From an uncultured Solirubrobacterales bacterium (lineage in GTDB: Bacteria; Actinomycetota; Thermoleophilia; Solirubrobacterales; 70-9), in NCBI GenBank assembly GCA_963764275.1, contig CAVXRV010000002.1:158799-222798 (forward strand): 64,000 nucleotides of DNA, in the 5' to 3' direction. Position 1 is the first letter of the stretch; each line of letters starts with the position of its first letter. The translations under genes and the position numbers were made by a program. Below, piece by piece: positions 58,789-64,000 of the stretch. Under the pieces are notes generated by a model that saw only the letters and a list, made by a program, of their open reading frames with translations, did no database searches and was not told where the DNA came from.

Positions 58789-59060
58789 CACGCTCGCTCA
58801 GCGCTACCTTGACCCTCGACGCTCCCGGCCTCGCCGTGAGGGGTTGACGCCCGGCGGCGGCGAGCCGCGGTGTTGACGCCCGGGCGGGTCTCGGGCTTGG
58901 TCTCGGCCGGGTCCGGTCCCCTGGGGGAAAGAAGGTGGCGCCCGACGCCGGCGGGGGACGTCCGCTACGGCGTTGGCTTCTCTCCGGCTGAGGTTGACCG
59001 CCTTTTGGGCACCGAGGGAGGGAGGTGGAAGGGGAGGGGAGGGCCGTGTGCGCGGATGGA

Positions 59061-59750
59061 ACGCAAAAACGTCGGGGACGTCCGCTTGGGCCGTGAGGTC
59101 ACCAACGTTTATGCGTCCAGGCGGTAGAAACGTCGGAGACGTCGGCCGGGAGTAGACGTCCCCGACGTTCTTCGCCCACATCTGGTGTCCCGGGCCCCGT
59201 CAGGGGCCGGGGATCCCCCACCTGCCCACCTCCCTCACTGCCCTCGCACCGCCACGTCCACTCGCCGGCGGCGCGGCGGGCGCGGCGTCAACGCAAAAAC
59301 GTCGGGGACGTCCGCTTGGGTGGGGAGGTGTCCGACGTTTATGCGTCCAGGCGGTAGAAACGTCGGAGACGTCGGCCGGCCGTAGACGTCCCCGACGTTC
59401 TTCGCCCACATCTGGTGTCCCGGGCCCCGTCAGGGGCCGGGGATCCCCCACCTGCCCACCTCCCTCACTGCCCTCGCACCGCCACGCCCACTCGCCGGCG
59501 GCGCGGCGGGCGCGGCGTCAACGCAAAAACGTCGGGGACGTCCGCTTGGGTGGGGAGGTGTCCGACGTTTATGCGTCCAGGCGGTAGAAACGTCGGGAAC
59601 GTCGGCCGGCCGTAGACGTCCTCGACGTTCTTCGCCCACATCTGGTGTCTCGGGCCCCGTCAGGGGCCGGGGACTCCCACCTGCCCACCTCCCTCACTGC
59701 CCTCGCACTGCCACGGCCTTCGCCGGCGGCGCCGGCGGCGCGGCGGAGAC
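59061..59750. repeat. tandem array of three 230-bp units with nested palindromes, non-coding, between mraY and murD
   Basis: Units start at 59061, 59291 and 59521 (ACGCAAAAACGTCGGGGACGTCCGC...). I counted about nine differences by eye between units 1 and 2. Unit 3 decays after about 59700. Each unit holds the 15-nt inverted pair AACGTCGGGGACGTC / GACGTCCCCGACGTT, an inner pair, a GGCCCCgtcaGGGGCC hairpin and a C-rich tract. Confidence 0.9.
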
Positions 59751-59842
59751 CCCCGCCGGCGGGGCGGCGCGGCCCGTGGGGCCGCCGGGGCCGCACCGGA
59801 GCCGCCGCAGGGGCCCGCGCGCTGTTGGCGAACATCCGGGTT

Positions 59843-61209
59843 ATGGAAACCAGGCCTGCCGATTCCGCGCGGGGCCCTACCTGATCGTCGGCATGGCCCG
59901 CTCGGGCCAGGCGGCGGCGCGGCTGCTCGCGGAGGCGGGGGCGCGGGTCGTCGCCGTCGATTCGGGATCTCCTTCCGTGGATGCAGGATTGCGGGAGGCG
60001 GGCGTCGAAATTCACCTGGATGACGACGGCACGCAGCACCTCGGACGGGATCGGTCTCGTGATCAAGAGCCCGGGGGTGCCGCAGACGGCGCCGGTGATC
60101 GAGGTCGCGCGCGAGCGCGGCGTGCCGGTGATCGGCGAGCTCGAGCTCGCCTGGCGCTCGCTCCCGAACCCGTTCGTCGCCGTGACGGGCACGAACGGCA
60201 AGACGACCGTCGTCGAGTGGCTCGGCCACGTCTGGCGCGAGGCCGGGCATGCCGGTCGTCGTCGCCGGCAACGTCGGCCGCCCGCTCTCGGCGCTACCGG
60301 CGCGAGATCGACGAGTACGCGACGGTCGTCTGCGAGTGCTCCTCCTTCCAGCTCGAGGACAGCGCCGCCTTCGCCCCCGAGGTCGCGGTGCTGCTCAACG
60401 TCACGCCCGACCACCTCGACCGTCATGGCAGCTTCGAGGCCTACCGCGACGCGAAGCTGCGGATCTTCGCCGGCCAGGCGCAGACCGACTTCGCGATCTT
60501 CGACGCCGACCTCGTCCCGTTCGCCGCCTCCGAGCGGCCCGGGCCACGGCGCGACGATCGCCTACGGCGTCTCCGCCTGCGCCGAGGGCGGCTGCCTGGT
60601 GCGGCTGCGCGGCGAGCGCGATCGAGGTCGACGGCGCGGCGCTCATCCCGGTCGACGAGCTGGCCCTCGCCGGCGAGCACAACGTCCGCAACGCGATGGC
60701 GGTCGCGGCGGCGGCGCTCTGCGGCGGCGTTCCGCGCGAGGCGATCGGCGCGCGGGCTGCGCAGCTTCGCCGGCGTCCCGCACCGGCTCGAGCGGGTCGC
60801 CGAGATCGACGGCGTGCTCTTCGTCAACGACTCGAAGGCGACCAACGTCGCCGCGGCGCGAGGCGGCGCTGCGCTCCTTCGGCGAGCGGCCCGTCCACGC
60901 GATTCTCGGCGGCAGCCTCAAGGGCGGCGGCTTCGACGGGCTGCGCGCCCGCGGTCGCCGCGCGCTGCGCGGCCGTCTATCTGATCGGCGAGGCCGCGCG
61001 CCGCGCTCGAGGAGACGCTGGCGCCTGCCGGCGGTGCCGATGCGCGCGCTCGGGCACGCTCGAGGTCGGCCGTCGCCGAGGCGGCCGCGGCAGCCGAGCC
61101 CGGCGAGCGTCGTCCTGCTCGCGCCCGGCCTGCGCCAGCTTCGACGCCTTCCGCGACTACGAGGAGCGCGGCGAGCGCTTCCGCGAGCTCGTCCGGGAGC
61201 GCGCGGTGA
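59843..61209 (+). pseudogene. murD: UDP-N-acetylmuramoylalanine--D-glutamate ligase MurD, frame changes as written
   Basis: ATG 59843 is one frame off from the Rossmann start YLIVGMARSGQAAARLL. Fragments include [63 protein letters not shown] and FDAFRDYEERGERF. The likely stop is TGA 61207-61209. Confidence 0.8.
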
Positions 61210-62568
61210 GCGCGGCGATCGCGGCGCTGCGCAGCGGCTTCGGCTCGCGCCGCAAGGGCGGCGTCGAAGGCGAAGCGCACGGCAGCTCGCAGCCGATCGA
61301 GTACCAGCTCGTGATCACGGCGACGATGTGCCTGGTCGCCTTCGGCGCCGTCATGGTCTTCAGCGCGAGCTCGACCTCCTCGCTGCTCGGCTCCAACGGC
61401 GACGGCGCCTACTACCTGAAGCGCACGCTGATGTTCGGCGCCTTCGGCCTGCTCGCCCTGCACGTGCTCGCCCGCGTGCGCCTGCGACGATCCGCAGCCT
61501 GACGCCGATGCTGCTCGCCGGTCTGCTTCGGGCTGCTCGATCGTCGTGCTCGGGATCGGCACGATCGGTCAACGGCGCCAAGAGCTGGATCGTCTTCGGA
61601 CCGCTCCAGGTCCAGCCCTCGGAGATCATGAAGGTGGCGCTGCTGCTCTACGGCGCTCACCTGATCGCCGCCCGCCCGCAGATGACCGACGACCTGCGCT
61701 CGATGCGCCCCTACCTGGTCGTCGTCGCGCGGCGCCTTCGCGCTGATCCTGCTGCAGCCGGACTTCGGCACGACGATGGTCACCGCGCTCGGCGATCGGC
61801 GCCCTGCTGATCGCCGGCGGCGCCCGCATCCGCCATCTGGCGATGATCGCCGGCGGTGATCGGCTTCGTCGCGCTGGTCGCGGTGCTGATCGAGCCCTAC
61901 CGGATGGCGCGCCTGACGACCTTCCTGCACCCGGGCTCCGACCCCTCCGGCGCCGGCTTTCAGACGCGGCCAGGCGTCGATCGCGATGGGCTCGGGCGGC
62001 ATCTTCGGCGTCGGGCTCGGGCAGAGCGTCGCAGAAGGCCTTCTACCTGCCCGAGGCGCACACCGACATGATCTCCGCCGTGATCGGCGAGGAGATCGGC
62101 TTCGCCGGGATCACCGTCCTCGTCGGCCTCTACATGCTGTTCGGCTACGGCGGCTTCCGCACCGCGCAGCGCGCCAAGGACCGATACGGCAGGCTGCTCG
62201 CCGCCGCGCTGACCGCGATGATCCTGATCCAGGCGACCATCAACCTCTACGCAGCGATGGGGATGGCGCCGCTGACCGGGGTGACCCTGCCATTCGTCTC
62301 CTACGGAAACAGCAGCCTGATCGTGACCCTCGCCGCCGTCGGCCTGCTCCTCAACGTGGCCAACGGCGGCACCGCGGCGATGCGCCCGGGACGGCCGCGG
62401 CACGCGCGCGCGCCCGGCGCTCGGCGGCCTGTGGGTAATCGACGGCGAGCGCTCGCGGCCGAAGCCGAGCGCGGCGAGCGGCGACGCGCGACGCCGGCGC
62501 GCGCAGCTCCGGCGACGAAGCGGCGGCAGCGCCCGAGCCGCGTCGCACGACCAGCAGCGGAGGAACCC
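61206..62568 (+). pseudogene. ftsW: peptidoglycan polymerase / lipid II flippase FtsW (SEDS family), frame changes as written; 3' end undefined
   Basis: GTG 61206 (GTGA junction). Motifs: VITATMCLVAFGAVMVFSASS, GAKSWIVFGPLQVQPSEIMKV, LPEAHTDMISAVIGEEIGF, LTGVTLPFVSYGNSS. The Arg-rich tail runs into murG without an in-frame stop. Confidence 0.75.
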
Positions 62569-63658
62569 GTGCCGCACGTGGTGATCGCGGCCGGCGGGAC
62601 AGCCGGTCACGTGGTACCGGCGCTGGCCGTCGCCGACGCGCTCGCTGAGCGCGGCGCCACGCGTCAGCTTCATCGGCACGCGCGAGCGGGCCGAGGCCGA
62701 GCTGGTCCCGGCGGCCGGCTACGAGATCGACTTCCTCGCCGTCCGCGGGCTCGACCGCCGCAACCCGATCAAGGCGCGCCGCCGCGGCCGGGCCGGGCGG
62801 GGATCGCCGTCCGCGCGGCGCGCCGGCTGCTGCGCGAGCGCGGCGCCGACGCGGTCATGGGCGGCGGCGGCTACGTCGCCGGGCCGGCGGGGCTGGCCGC
62901 CGCCGGCGCTGCGGCCTGCCGCTGGTCCTGACCGAGGCCGACAGCCACCTCGGGATCACCAACCGGATGCTGGCCCGGCGCGCGCGGCGCGTCTGCCTCG
63001 CCTTCGAGATCCCCGGCCGCGAGGGCCCGCTGTACCTGCACACGGGCCGGCCCGTGCCGCGGGCGATCCTCGAGCGCGGACCGCGACGGCCGCTCGGCAG
63101 CGGTTCGGGATCGAGCCCGAGATCCCCTGCCTGCTGATCTTCGGCGGCAGCCTCGGCGCGCGGACGATCAACCAGGCGGCCGCCGACGGCCTTCGCCGGC
63201 GCCGGACGCCGGCGAGCGCGCCTTCCACGTCCTGCACGTCACCGGCACCCGCGACTACGAGCGAGATCCGGGCGCGAGTCGGCGACGCGCCCCGCTACAC
63301 GTTGCTCGAGTACCTGCCCGACCTCGGCGACGCGCTCGCGGCCTGCGATCTCGCCCTGGCCCGCTCCGGCGGCTCGGTCTTCGAGCTCACCGCCGCCGGC
63401 CGGCGGCGCGGTGCTGGTGCCCTACCCGTACGCGACCGGCAGCCCACCAGCACACGAACGCGAGCTGGATGGCGGACGCCGGCGCCGCGCATCGTCATCG
63501 AGGATGCCGAGCTGACCGCCGAGCTGCTGCGCGAGCGCGTCGCGCCGATGCTCGGCCGAGCCGCGAGCGGCTGGCGGCGATGGGCGAGGCCGCGCGCGGC
63601 GATCGCCAAGCCCGACGCCGCGGAGCGGATCGCGGCTGAGATCCTCAGCTTCGTATGA
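62569..63658 (+). pseudogene. murG: undecaprenyldiphospho-muramoylpentapeptide beta-N-acetylglucosaminyltransferase MurG, frame changes as written
   Basis: GTG 62569 lies 4 nt after GGAGGAA. Motifs: VVIAAGGTAGHVVPALAVADAL, GGGGYVAGPAGLAA, LLEYLPDLGDALAACDLALARSGGSVFELTAAG and the C-terminal AAERIAAEILSF. The stop is 63656-63658. Confidence 0.8.
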
Positions 63659-64000
63659 GCACTGGCCCGACGCAGCCGACGCCCGATAGGCGCTGGCGGC
63701 TTCGCCGGGCGCCGGCTGCACTTCATCGCGATCGGCGGCGCCGGGATGAGCGGCCTCGCGCTGCTCGCCACCGGCTCGGCGCCCAGGTGAGCGGCAGCGA
63801 CCGCGCCGACTCCACCTACCTGCGAGCGGCTGCGGGCCGCCGGCCTCGATCCACGCGTCGGCCACGACGCCGAGCTCGTCCCCGCCGACGCCGACGTCGT
63901 CGTCTCGACCGCGATCGGCGAGGACAACCCGGAGCTCGTGCGCGCCCGCGAGCGCGGCCAGCGCGTGATCCACCGCGGCGAGCTGCTCGCCGAGCTGACC
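63655..64000 (+). pseudogene. murC: UDP-N-acetylmuramate--L-alanine ligase MurC, 5' part only (runs off window), frame changes as written
   Basis: ATG 63655 overlaps the murG stop (ATGA). HFIAIGGAGMSGLALL, GAQVSGSD, VVVSTAIGEDNPEL and RGELLAEL are visible, but in different frames. Confidence 0.75.

Noticed and set aside
59061-59750. CRISPR array.
   Set aside because: The period is 230 bp and whole units repeat. There are no short direct repeats alternating with unique spacers, and no cas genes in the window.
59185-59884. Three near-identical 66-79-aa ORFs (MSRAPSGAGDPPPAHLPHCPRTA...), one per 230-bp repeat unit.
   Set aside because: They have no Shine-Dalgarno and a Pro/Arg/Gly-rich composition. 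They are an automatic consequence of the tandem DNA repeat, and equally long ORFs exist on the opposite strand. I treat them as non-coding.
1-64000. Mobile elements, prophage, defence systems, toxin-antitoxin pairs.
   Set aside because: I found no transposase, integrase, recombinase, phage structural, restriction-modification, Cas or typical TA gene texts in any frame. Absence is based on reading translations only, not on profile searches.

Overview
Very GC-rich bacterial chromosomal segment with actinobacterial gene content. It may be Thermoleophilia/Solirubrobacterales-like, but the taxon is only a guess and GC was not computed.

Left third: 4-hydroxybutyryl-CoA dehydratase, an alpha/beta hydrolase, an MFS exporter, a sulfatase, a five-gene peptide/nickel-type ABC importer and an acyl-CoA dehydrogenase. 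These are followed by a badly broken penicillin-acylase gene, apt, a catalase-related haem protein, a PIG-V-like membrane glycosyltransferase, an SDR, a broken CocE/NonD-type hydrolase and a LemA-DUF2207 pair.

Centre: a textbook cobalamin riboswitch (about 26596-26780) drives a translationally coupled six-gene operon. It encodes two DUF4430 proteins, one unknown protein, EcfT, tandem EcfA domains, and an S-component-like membrane domain fused to an extracytoplasmic alpha/alpha-toroid. This is my best candidate for an undescribed corrinoid capture/uptake system.

Right of centre: nitroreductase, glpD, an atypical rho (P-loop Lys replaced by Arg), a small His-rich secreted repeat protein, DUF192 and a MarR-controlled cupin + 470-aa orphan operon. 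Next come a two-component system abutting cpaB-cpaF-tadB-tadC and a visibly less GC-rich patch with orphan and delta-60-repeat secreted proteins.

Right end: the dcw cluster mraZ-rsmH-ftsL-ftsI-murE-murF-mraY-[1.16 kb non-coding repeat block]-murD-ftsW-murG-murC. The repeat block contains three tandem units of exactly 230 bp with nested palindromes.

No tRNA/rRNA, CRISPR, transposase or integrase was recognised.

Major caveat: roughly 18 genes, including essential dcw genes, need one or more frame changes to be read full length, and the breaks are clustered. Most are probably indel errors, so the boundaries of those genes are approximate.
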